64,000 nt of DNA from NCBI RefSeq assembly GCF_965279615.1, contig NZ_OZ257252.1, positions 7,956,641 through 8,020,640 of the forward strand. The letters are read 5' to 3'. The first letter of the stretch is position 1, and each line of letters begins with the position of its first letter. The position numbers and the translations under genes were made by a program. The notes beneath the pieces were generated by a model. It saw nothing but the letters and a program-made list of their open reading frames with translations, was not told the DNA's origin and did no database searches. Source of the DNA: Runella sp. GTDB taxonomy: Bacteria; Bacteroidota; Bacteroidia; Cytophagales; Spirosomataceae. This document shows positions 1 to 8,754 of this stretch, piece after piece.

Positions 1-121
1 CTACCAACATGCCGACGATCCCAAACACGATAGAGGCAATGGCGAAGTTCCGTACAATGACATTATCGTAGGTGAACTCTTCCATTTCAACAGTGGCGGT
101 CGTTTTGGAAATTGGTTCCAT
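1..121 (-). CDS. ccoN: cbb3-type cytochrome c oxidase subunit I (5' end only, runs off window)
   Basis: Manual translation MEPISKTTATVEMEEFTYDNVIVRNFAIASIVFGIVGMLV resembles the Bacteroidota CcoN(O) N-terminus (F.YDN.IVR.F); lies directly downstream of ccoS. Confidence 0.85.
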   Translation of the reverse strand, partial: MEPISKTTATVEMEEFTYDNVIVRNFAIASIVFGIVGMLV

Positions 122-139
122 ACTTTTTAATTGAGGAGT

Positions 140-304
140 TTATGATTGAGGAGATGAATTATTTTCTTTGTCGTCGAACAGAATTCGAACGGAGGGCGTG
201 TAATCGTCGTCGTATTGGCCTTTTCGAACCGACCACACAAAGGCGGTTAGAAATCCGATCGCGACGAGCAGGCTGACGGAGAGAAGGAGAATGAGTGCGC
301 TCAT
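140..304 (-). CDS. ccoS: cbb3-type cytochrome oxidase maturation protein CcoS/FixS
   Basis: MSALILLLSVSLLVAIGFLTAFVWSVRKGQYDDDYTPSVRILFDD: one TM helix plus W...GQYDD motif; start moved to ATG at 304. Confidence 0.9.
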   Translation of the reverse strand: MSALILLLSVSLLVAIGFLTAFVWSVRKGQYDDDYTPSVRILFDDKENNSSPQS

Positions 305-413
305 AGAGGTTGAATTTTTCGTTGGCCGGGCATACGTGAGAAGTATCATTTCCGAACGGCTTGCTCAAAAGTAGCCTTGAGGGATTCCAATAAAGATGAG
401 CGAAATCAGGGTT

Positions 414-432
414 GAAAGTGACTTTGGTCAGG
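414..432 (-). promoter_or_regulatory. Putative Crp/Fnr-family operator upstream of ccoS-ccoN (TGAC-N4-GTCA)
   Basis: GAAAGTGACTTTGGTCAGG, identical to 3927-3945 upstream of ccoI; contains palindrome TGAC-TTTG-GTCA. Confidence 0.65.
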
Positions 433-560
433 TTTGTCGATGTGCAGAGAAGTTGAGATACTCATTTGATCCTTTAGGAGGAAAAATGCATTTGCTGCGT
501 ATCAGGGCATATTTTAAGCACAAAAAGAATGTTAGCGTGACGTTGTGCGCATTCTCTGCG

Positions 561-568
561 TACCTTTG
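561..568 (+). promoter_or_regulatory. Bacteroidota sigma70 -7 element (TAnnTTTG)
   Basis: TACCTTTG about 20 nt upstream of ATG at 590. Confidence 0.55.
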
Positions 569-589
569 CCGGTATTGAATAGATGTTAG

Positions 590-1354
590 ATGAATATATT
601 GTTTTTTAAATTGACCATGATGCCGATGGTTATTGGGATGATCACCCTCGTGAGTCGAAAATGGGGCAATAGTGTCGGGGGAATTATTGGCAGTATGCCG
701 TGGGTGGCCGGGCCGATTCTGGTATTTTTTATTCTGGAACAGGGAACTGCCTTCGGAATACACGCTATTCCCGGTATCCTGACGGGCGTGGTGTCGTTGG
801 TTGGTTTTTGTTACTGTTATGCCTTGGTTTCAAAGTATCTCAACTGGTTGCCGACACTTCTGATCTCTTACACGATGTTTGTGGTAACAGCGCTTTTGCT
901 TGATATGCTCCATCTGTCATTGTGGAGTATTTATGGCGTAGCTATTTTCAGCATTGTGGCAGCGTTGCGCTTTTATCCTGTTCCGGCGATTGAAACAACG
1001 CCCCGCCAACGGGCGAAACCTCCCAAATATGATATCCCTTTCCGGATGTTGGTGGCAACCCTTTTTGTATTGGCCATTACCACTCTTGCCAAAGCACTGG
1101 GGCCTACGTGGAGCGGTATCCTGACTCCTTTTCCGATCATTACTTCCATTTTGGCCATTTTTACGCACTATTTACAGGGCAGTAATGCCACCATCACCAT
1201 CTTGAGAGGTATCATGATCGGGCTCGTTGGGTTTACGACGTTCCTGTTTTTACAGGCGTTTCTCCTTCAGGAATTTTCGGTAGCGATGTCGTTTTTTCTG
1301 GCATTTCTGGTCAATTCACTTATCAATTTAGCCGCTGTTCGGTTGTTGCGTTAA
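590..1354 (+). CDS. Uncharacterised integral membrane protein with two internally repeated halves
   Basis: 254 aa, about 8 hydrophobic segments; halves align (SRKWGNSVGGIIGSMPWVAGPIL vs AKALGPTWSGILTPFPIITSIL). Confidence 0.75.
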   Translation: MNILFFKLTMMPMVIGMITLVSRKWGNSVGGIIGSMPWVAGPILVFFILEQGTAFGIHAIPGILTGVVSLVGFCYCYALVSKYLNWLPTLLISYTMFVVTALLLDMLHLSLWSIYGVAIFSIVAALRFYPVPAIETTPRQRAKPPKYDIPFRMLVATLFVLAITTLAKALGPTWSGILTPFPIITSILAIFTHYLQGSNATITILRGIMIGLVGFTTFLFLQAFLLQEFSVAMSFFLAFLVNSLINLAAVRLLR

Positions 1355-3855
1355 AGTGCCCGTGCCGTGGCAATTCGGCTTGCAAGAGTGGTATACAAGA
1401 CGATAGAAATTGAACTTGCCGGCATCAGAATCGCCGCAATAACAGGTGCCAATGTGCCCGTTAAGGCAAAGCTCAGCCCGATAATATTATACACTACCGA
1501 AATGATAAAACTCTGAACAACAATGCGTCTGCCTGCTTTGGCTAGCCTGACATATTGGGGTAAATACGAAAGGTGGCTTCCTTCCAGAATACCGTCACAG
1601 GCAGGGGAGAAATTGTTGACATTGTCGGAAACAGCGATGCCTACATCGCTTTGAACTAAGGCTCCGGCGTCGTTTAGACCGTCGCCGACCATCAACACTT
1701 TGCGCCCTTTTCGTTGCAGTTGTTGAATAAATGCCAACTTATCTTCGGGCTTTTGATTAAAATATAAATGGGTTTTATTCTTAAATAAATTTCCCAACAA
1801 TTCGACATCCGTCGGTTTATCGCCCGATAAAAGAAATGTTTGGTAATTTTTATTTTTAAGTGCCTGAAGGGTTTCCCTGAGATTTTCGCGGTATTGACTG
1901 TGAATCTCATAATAACCTACCTGCTGACCTCCGAACGAAAAATAGACTCGGCTATGGGCGTTGGAACTAATCACAGGCGCTTCCGAGAGTCCAACAAAAG
2001 CGGCGGAGCCCAATTTCAGGATGCAATTGTCGCCAAGATGTGCCATAATCCCTTTCCCTTCTATTTCCTGAAAATCGGTGAGTGCGGCTTCCTTGGGAAT
2101 CATCCCCAACGATTTGGCAATAAGCCGACTCAAAGGATGCGAAGACTGTTCACACATTGTGCGTACAAGGCGTTGTTGAAAAGGTGTAAGCGGCATTCCT
2201 ACAAATTGCATATGACCCGTATCCGAAAGGGTAAGCGTTCCTGTTTTATCAAAAACGACCGTGTCAATCTCGGATAAGCTTTCGATTACTTTTGCGTTTT
2301 TGAGGTAAAATTTATGTTTCCCGAACATTCCCAAAATATTCCCGTTCGTAAACGTATCGGAAAGCAGTAACGCACATGGGCAGGCTACGATCAAAATGGT
2401 CGTGATGGCATTGATGCCGCGCGGCAGGTCTCCCGCCAACGCCCAATAACTTAGTCCTGAAATACCTATAACCAAAAGCGCCCATGTAAAATAGCGGTTG
2501 ATCTGTTCTACCAAGTCGCGTTGTTTTTTGTGATTGTTCTGCGTAAAAGCATCTTTATTCCAAAGTTGGGTCAAATAACTTTGTGAAACGCGTTTGGTCA
2601 CTTCCAGCTCAATCGCGCCACCGATCTGACGCCCACCCGCGTAAATGAGTTCGTTACGGGTTTTCTCAACAGGATCTGATTCTCCCGATACAAAGCTGTA
2701 ATCAATCATGGCCCGTTCGCTCACCAGACGTGCATCTGTCGGGATCAATTCTTTGTTACGAATCAAAATATGATCGCCGGGTTGTAAATCTGTAACTAAA
2801 ACTTGGAGGTTTGTGATCAATGAGTGGTGGACTGAATCTTTACCGGCGATTTTCGTCTTTGATTCTTTCTCACTTTTTCCTTTCTCCTTTTCGCTTTCTC
2901 CTAATTTTGTTACCGCTACCGGGAAATACGATTTATAATCGCGGTCAAAAGAAATGACGGAATAGGTTTTGTCCTGAAAATAACGTCCCAACAGCATAAA
3001 AAACACAATACCCGTCATGGAGTCTAAATAGCCAACGCCCGTTTGCGTACCGATCTCGTACAAGCTGCGCACAAACGTGACCAAAATGGCTAAAGCAATG
3101 GGCGCGTCGATGTTGAGATGGCGTTTGCGAATGGATTTCCACGCCGATACGAAGAAATCTGAGGCTCCATAAAAGAAAACCGGCAATGCCAATACCACAC
3201 TAAAGAGACTGAACATGGTTTGTAAATGCTGATCTGATTGAGTAGCTCCCAATCCGAAATAATCGGGAAAACTCATCATCATTACATTACCAAATGCAAA
3301 ACCTGAAATCCCGATCTTGTACAAACGGGTACGATTGGTTTTGGGGCTTTGATCGGATTCAACGTCCTGAAGACTGATGTAGGGTTCGTAGCCTATGTAC
3401 GTAAGCAACTCGGCCAGTTGGCTCAGTTTTATTTTTTTGTCGTCGATAATGACTCGTACGCGCTTTTCCGGGAAATTGACAATGGCTGAAATAACCCCTT
3501 CCTGCAAACGGTGGAGGTTTTCGAGCAGATAGACGCACGAACTGCAATGCATTTGAGGAAGGTACCAATTGATGTGCGTTTGGCGACCATCCGTAAATTG
3601 GATGATACGTTGACGCACTTCGGGAAGATCTAAGTAAGCGTATTTGCCGGCGTAATAGTTTTTATCGGGAGAAACACCGGGGTTTTTGGTGAAATCGTAA
3701 TAGCTGCAAAGTTCGTTTTCCTGTAATAATTCATACACAAGCTTGCAGCCTTCACAACAAAAAGGCTTGTCGTCATGCATTATAACGGTATCTTCACAGT
3801 CGGCGCCGCAGTGATAGCAGCTTACTTTAACGGTTGATAAAACGGATTGCGGCAT
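1351..3855 (-). CDS. ccoI: Heavy-metal (Cu) P1B-type ATPase, cbb3 oxidase assembly CcoI/FixI type
   Basis: N-terminal CYHCG...FCCEGC, MHCSSC HMA motif, CPC in TM helix, DKTGT phosphorylation site, GDGLND hinge; cco locus context. Confidence 0.9.
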   Translation of the reverse strand: MPQSVLSTVKVSCYHCGADCEDTVIMHDDKPFCCEGCKLVYELLQENELCSYYDFTKNPGVSPDKNYYAGKYAYLDLPEVRQRIIQFTDGRQTHINWYLPQMHCSSCVYLLENLHRLQEGVISAIVNFPEKRVRVIIDDKKIKLSQLAELLTYIGYEPYISLQDVESDQSPKTNRTRLYKIGISGFAFGNVMMMSFPDYFGLGATQSDQHLQTMFSLFSVVLALPVFFYGASDFFVSAWKSIRKRHLNIDAPIALAILVTFVRSLYEIGTQTGVGYLDSMTGIVFFMLLGRYFQDKTYSVISFDRDYKSYFPVAVTKLGESEKEKGKSEKESKTKIAGKDSVHHSLITNLQVLVTDLQPGDHILIRNKELIPTDARLVSERAMIDYSFVSGESDPVEKTRNELIYAGGRQIGGAIELEVTKRVSQSYLTQLWNKDAFTQNNHKKQRDLVEQINRYFTWALLVIGISGLSYWALAGDLPRGINAITTILIVACPCALLLSDTFTNGNILGMFGKHKFYLKNAKVIESLSEIDTVVFDKTGTLTLSDTGHMQFVGMPLTPFQQRLVRTMCEQSSHPLSRLIAKSLGMIPKEAALTDFQEIEGKGIMAHLGDNCILKLGSAAFVGLSEAPVISSNAHSRVYFSFGGQQVGYYEIHSQYRENLRETLQALKNKNYQTFLLSGDKPTDVELLGNLFKNKTHLYFNQKPEDKLAFIQQLQRKGRKVLMVGDGLNDAGALVQSDVGIAVSDNVNNFSPACDGILEGSHLSYLPQYVRLAKAGRRIVVQSFIISVVYNIIGLSFALTGTLAPVIAAILMPASSISIVLYTTLASRIATARAL

Positions 3856-3926
3856 ACAATGGGTATTTGTATTTCCCCAAAAGTGCGCCCGAGGCGTTCG
3901 TCAACGTATGAGGATAGTCAGTCTGC

Positions 3927-3945
3927 GAAAGTGACTTTGGTCAGG
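3927..3945 (-). promoter_or_regulatory. Putative Crp/Fnr-family operator upstream of ccoI
   Basis: GAAAGTGACTTTGGTCAGG, identical to 414-432. Confidence 0.65.
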
Positions 3946-3969
3946 AAAAGTGTAAGACAGATTCTTCTG

Positions 3970-4617
3970 TCAGTTTTTTCCGTAATAATTCAGGTAGGCA
4001 ACAAGACGTTCATAATTATGCCGTTCGGCCTCATTGCCGAATTTTGCCAAGTAACGACGATACGTTTCGGTAAGGCGCTCAAGTTGAGGACTGTTGTTAA
4101 GCTTGGCAGCCACGATGCCTTTATAACAGCGATGGACCTGATTATATAAGAATTTGGATGGTTTATGAGGCAAAAGATTTAGTAAACTGTCTATATCAGA
4201 CACGCTGTTAATGGTGGATAAAAAGCTAAATCCCGACGACTGCATGAATTCTCGGATGGATTCGCAGGCATCTGCCAAATCTTCATCGTTTTGGATTTTG
4301 TAGCGGAAATAGTTTACGTTATTATATTTACCGGTTGAGATAATGAGGGTATTGGCGTCCGAACGAAAATCGACCGAATTGGAGTTTAAAAATTGTTGAG
4401 CGATCTGTTCTACCTGCTCATTGCGGCACCCGATATGGACCTCCACCCATGCATCATTTTCTTTTTCGTATTCTGATACCGAAAAAATAATGTTTGTGAA
4501 GCCCGCCGGTGTATTTTTGCGAAATTGTTTTTTGTCCATCAACAATCGAAACCCTTCCGCTTCGAAAAAATCGTACAGGGCGTAGTACAGCTTTGCTTCG
4601 GTGGTTTTGAGATTCAT
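3970..4617 (-). CDS. Hypothetical protein
   Basis: About 215-aa ORF; start moved to MNLKTTEAK because the longer ORF overlaps the start of the TonB-receptor gene. Confidence 0.7.
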   Translation of the reverse strand: MNLKTTEAKLYYALYDFFEAEGFRLLMDKKQFRKNTPAGFTNIIFSVSEYEKENDAWVEVHIGCRNEQVEQIAQQFLNSNSVDFRSDANTLIISTGKYNNVNYFRYKIQNDEDLADACESIREFMQSSGFSFLSTINSVSDIDSLLNLLPHKPSKFLYNQVHRCYKGIVAAKLNNSPQLERLTETYRRYLAKFGNEAERHNYERLVAYLNYYGKN

Positions 4618-4691
4618 CGTTTCGGACTTTGATTGATAACTAAATTCTTTAATGCTAAGTTTACATTTTTGCCTTAAACAACGTAAGTATC

Positions 4692-7073
4692 TTGATGAAA
4701 TATACATCTACTCCTTTTATGATTTTTGTTAAGCAGAGCAACCTCCTGATTTTGAGCTTTTTCTTGTTTTTTACCCACGCTGTTTTTGGACAAACAACGC
4801 TCACGCAAACGGTAAGAGGTGTGGTAACGGACGTTGATAACAACCGACCGCTGAAAGGAGTAACGGTCATGCTTACGGCCCAAACAATTACCGTGACCGA
4901 CTCTAACGGCATTTTTCGTTTTGCCGACGTGCCACTTGGAAGATATACCATTCAAACGTCTCACATCAATTATGAAACGCGTATTTTTCCCGAGATTCTG
5001 GTAGAGGCGGGCAAAGAGAAGATCGTTAACTTAGCATTAAAGGAATCCATCAAAGAACTTCCCGAAACTATTGTACGGACGGCGCGCCCGGTGTCGCAAA
5101 CAAGCCTTCAGAGTATTACCATTGAACAGACGTTGCGCTATGCCGCTACGTTCTTTGACCCGGCCCGTTTAGCTACTTCGTTTCCGGGCGTAGTAGCTGC
5201 CAACGACCAAGCCAATAATTTGGTCATTCGGGGAAATTCGCCTACCGGTACACAGTGGCGTCTGGAAGGCGTTGAGATCGTCAATCCCAACCACCTGAGC
5301 AATGCAGGTACATTCAGCGACCGTCCGACCCAATCGGGCGGAGGGACTAACATTCTGAGCGCTCAACTTATGGAGCGTGCCGACTTTATGACGGGTGCTT
5401 TTCCTTCTCAATATGGCAATGTGTTGGGCGGAGTGATGGATGTACATTTACGAAAAGGCAACGACCAAAAACATGAATTTACGGGACAGGCGGGCTTAAT
5501 AGGCATTGATTTGTCGGCCGAAGGGCCGATTTCGCGCAAAAATAAGTCGTCATACTTGGTCAATTACCGTTATTCGTTTACGGGATTATTGGCGGTGATG
5601 GGTGTAAAATTCGGTGGTGAAGACATTCGTTTTCAGGATATTTCATTCAACCTTTCTTTCCCGACGCAAAAAGCCGGGCATTTCACGGTTTTCGGGATGG
5701 GAGGTGTAAGCAGCAATGTTTTTAAAGCAGAACGCGATACCTCACTGTGGAAATTTGAAAAAGACGGCTTTGACATTGAATTTAAAAACCGCATGGGCGC
5801 TTTGGGCGTTACGCATCAATTGAAACTGGGCCGTAATTCCACCCTGCGAACAGTATTGGCGGTATCGGGGCTGGAAACACGCCGCGAAGGGTATGTGCTG
5901 TCAAAAGCAAACTTTACCCGCTTTTTTGTTCAATTGGATGCCTTCAAAAAAACGCGCTATTCGCTCAGTTCTAATTTGACGCATAAGTTAAATGCCAACT
6001 GGCAATTACAGGAAGGAATCATACTTACCTACCAAAAAGATTCGGTGAACATAAAGAACCGAGGCATTTCGTTGGGCAGTACGGAAGGGATGATCATTCA
6101 GCCTTATGCGTCGGTCACGGGCCGCTTGGCACCACGATTGCTCTTGCAGGCGGGCATTCATTTTTTGTCGTATACGTATAATCAAACCAACTCGCTCGAA
6201 CCACGGGCGTCATTGCGTTTCAGCGCTACCAAACGCACCGCCTTCAGTTTTTCTTACGGATTGCATAGCCAATTGCAGTTGCCGCAAACGTATCTGTCGC
6301 TTAAAAATTCGGATCAACGAAATGAAGTATTTCCCAATGTTCGTTTAGGTTTTACCAAAGCCCATCATTTTGTAGCGGGTTTTGAGCAGAACCTTTCGCT
6401 TTTGGGTTCTTTTAAGGTTGAGGTGTATTATCAATCTTTGTACAATGTTCCAATTGCCAAATATGACCCGGTGGTGAGTTATCGCGTATTGCCTGCTTTC
6501 TCGGCGTTGAATCTGTTGGAAGGATTTACCGATGCCGAACTCGTAAACAAAGGAACAGGCCGCAACTACGGCATTGAAGTAACGTATCAACGATTTTTGC
6601 AAAATAATTTCTACGCACTCATTACGGGTTCATTGTATAATTCTACCTACAAAGGGCAGGATGGCATAGAGCGCAGTACACGTTTTAATGGAAATCATAC
6701 GTTTAGTTTGGCGGGAGGAAAAGAGTTTCATCGTCGCCCCAACCGTACGTTTGGTGTCAATCTGCGTATCTTGTGGCTGGGCGGCTACCGCGACTCACCG
6801 ATTGATCCGGATGCTTCACGAAGTTCGGGGCAAACGGTCTATAAAGCCACCGAGTTGTATACCATTAAACTGAAAGACTACTTCCGCCCCGACGTACGCA
6901 TTTTTTGGAAACGCAATAAACCGCACTTTACACGTACATGGTCAATTGATATTCAGAATCTGTCAGGTACCAAAAACGAAGCGTACAGTTATTACGACGT
7001 TCTTCAGCGTCAGGTTGTGCAGCAATTTCAATTGGGCATGGTGCCGGTAGTGAATTATCGGGTGGAGTTTTGA
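4692..7073 (+). CDS. TonB-dependent receptor with N-terminal carboxypeptidase-regulatory-like domain
   Basis: Signal peptide, VRGVVTD...PL.GV.V N-domain, plug (DPARLATSFPGV...NNLVIRGNSP), C-terminal YRVEF barrel end. Confidence 0.9.
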   Translation: MMKYTSTPFMIFVKQSNLLILSFFLFFTHAVFGQTTLTQTVRGVVTDVDNNRPLKGVTVMLTAQTITVTDSNGIFRFADVPLGRYTIQTSHINYETRIFPEILVEAGKEKIVNLALKESIKELPETIVRTARPVSQTSLQSITIEQTLRYAATFFDPARLATSFPGVVAANDQANNLVIRGNSPTGTQWRLEGVEIVNPNHLSNAGTFSDRPTQSGGGTNILSAQLMERADFMTGAFPSQYGNVLGGVMDVHLRKGNDQKHEFTGQAGLIGIDLSAEGPISRKNKSSYLVNYRYSFTGLLAVMGVKFGGEDIRFQDISFNLSFPTQKAGHFTVFGMGGVSSNVFKAERDTSLWKFEKDGFDIEFKNRMGALGVTHQLKLGRNSTLRTVLAVSGLETRREGYVLSKANFTRFFVQLDAFKKTRYSLSSNLTHKLNANWQLQEGIILTYQKDSVNIKNRGISLGSTEGMIIQPYASVTGRLAPRLLLQAGIHFLSYTYNQTNSLEPRASLRFSATKRTAFSFSYGLHSQLQLPQTYLSLKNSDQRNEVFPNVRLGFTKAHHFVAGFEQNLSLLGSFKVEVYYQSLYNVPIAKYDPVVSYRVLPAFSALNLLEGFTDAELVNKGTGRNYGIEVTYQRFLQNNFYALITGSLYNSTYKGQDGIERSTRFNGNHTFSLAGGKEFHRRPNRTFGVNLRILWLGGYRDSPIDPDASRSSGQTVYKATELYTIKLKDYFRPDVRIFWKRNKPHFTRTWSIDIQNLSGTKNEAYSYYDVLQRQVVQQFQLGMVPVVNYRVEF

Positions 7074-7130
7074 TTATTTTTTTTGACACCAATAAATCAG
7101 GCCAGAATTAAAGAAAAGGATAAAGGCAAA

Positions 7131-8291
7131 TCAAGTATCCCTGAAGTACCTGTCTCTTAGTTTCAAAAATGGCAACTCAATGTAATGATACATAAGAGTA
7201 GCGAAACCGATCGTACTTACCCAATAGAGTACATACGCAATAAATTTGCCCGTGTCTGTCATAGAGGCAGGAGCGAAATGCTTGATGATCTTTATAATAA
7301 CGGATAAATTAATCAGGTACATTGAATAAGAAATAAGGCTGATAAAAGTTATTCCTTTCTTCAATAGGGTATTCTTTATCGTTATTTTGCTGAGCGCAGG
7401 TAACATGAGCATGACAGAAACAGCGGTGACCGGATAAAAGAAGAGATTTACAAAAGCGACGGAGTGGGCGTAGACACTACCGGTGTAAATGACATAAATA
7501 CTCAGGTAAAAGACGAGAATACCGATGAGCATCGGGAGTTTTGAAGCCCCCATTTTATACCATAGTCCGGGATGATAGGCTTTGATATAAGCCGCTGATA
7601 TGCCGAAGCCAATGGCATCCAAGCGCATAATAACGACCATTCTTGTTAATAGCCAATTCCCTTTTTCAGTAAAATCGGAAAAAAGAAACCGGAAAGCCAA
7701 CGGTAAGAGTATGATTATCAGGATAGATAATGACATTGCTCCCGATGATGAAAGCCCTTTTTTTAAAGCAATGAACAGAACAACAGGAAAGAATAAGTAA
7801 AACCATTCTTCGACGGACAAACTCCAGGATTCTGAAAAAAAACTCGAAGACAGGATACTGAAAAAATTTTGAATAAAGAGGGCGTATTGCCATAACTTAT
7901 CTACCAAAAGCACTTGTTTCAAGACGCTTTTTATGGGCTGATTTTGGAGATTAAATAAGAAATAAAGCGCCAGATTAAGCGACAACATAAACCAATAAGC
8001 AGGAAGTGTACGGAACCAACGTCTGAGCCAAAACAGCTTTAAGTCGGTTATAGAAAACTGTTTTCGCTTCTCTAAATTCCTGATCAAAATACCACCGATC
8101 AGGAAGCCGCTCAAAACAAAAAATATATCAACACCATCCGGAAGGGGTATAAAATTAACGGGGAAGATAAAAAAGCCATGGTGAATAACGACCAATAAAA
8201 TGGCAATCGCACGTACTAAATCTAACCCTACAGCTCTTTCATTTTTGCCTTTTTTTGTCGTTTTAACTTCTAAAATACCATTTTCATTCAT
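7131..8291 (-). CDS. Acyltransferase family 3 (OafA-like O-acyltransferase)
   Basis: GLDLVRAIAILLV..HH, GVDIFFVLSGFLI, WSLSVEEWFY, SY.MYL motifs; multi-TM. Confidence 0.9.
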   Translation of the reverse strand: MNENGILEVKTTKKGKNERAVGLDLVRAIAILLVVIHHGFFIFPVNFIPLPDGVDIFFVLSGFLIGGILIRNLEKRKQFSITDLKLFWLRRWFRTLPAYWFMLSLNLALYFLFNLQNQPIKSVLKQVLLVDKLWQYALFIQNFFSILSSSFFSESWSLSVEEWFYLFFPVVLFIALKKGLSSSGAMSLSILIIILLPLAFRFLFSDFTEKGNWLLTRMVVIMRLDAIGFGISAAYIKAYHPGLWYKMGASKLPMLIGILVFYLSIYVIYTGSVYAHSVAFVNLFFYPVTAVSVMLMLPALSKITIKNTLLKKGITFISLISYSMYLINLSVIIKIIKHFAPASMTDTGKFIAYVLYWVSTIGFATLMYHYIELPFLKLRDRYFRDT

Positions 8292-8695
8292 TGGTTATAC
8301 ACATCTAAATTTTCCTTTAGACGTGCACTGACTCAATTAGTATCAAAAAAGTATATCCTTTTGCAGATACCTGTTAGCTTTGAGCTATAGCTGTTGGATC
8401 GATTTATAGTGGATTTTTTGCTTAAATAGCTTATAGAAGAGAACTTTGCTGAATAAAATTCGAGCATTTAATTCCTTTATTCATTTAGATATTTGGGAAA
8501 AGACTTAACAGTAGAGTGACCTTTGTGCAAAACGGAGTATGCACATGAAAACCCGGTTTAGGTACCGGAATATTGATTGAGGGTGAACAGAGTAAAAAAA
8601 TGACAAAAGATTATGTCTGATAGTGTGTGAAAATCGGAAAAGCCAAACCTTAGTGGAAGTTACATTCTCCGGGGCTTTTGAACCCATTAGTTAAA

Positions 8696-8733
8696 ATCAA
8701 TGCGCAATGTCCTTACAAACATTGCGCATTGAT
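8696..8733 (-). terminator. Intrinsic terminator downstream of porX
   Basis: Perfect 15-bp inverted repeat ATCAATGCGCAATGT / ACATTGCGCATTGAT, 8-nt loop, short U-tract on the minus strand. Confidence 0.7.
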
Positions 8734-8754
8734 GGTGTTGGAAAGAATAGTTAC

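Noticed and set aside
414-3945. 19-bp direct repeat as target-site duplication of a mobile element
   Set aside because: No integrase or transposase between the copies, the enclosed ccoI is native to the locus, and both copies sit at promoter positions
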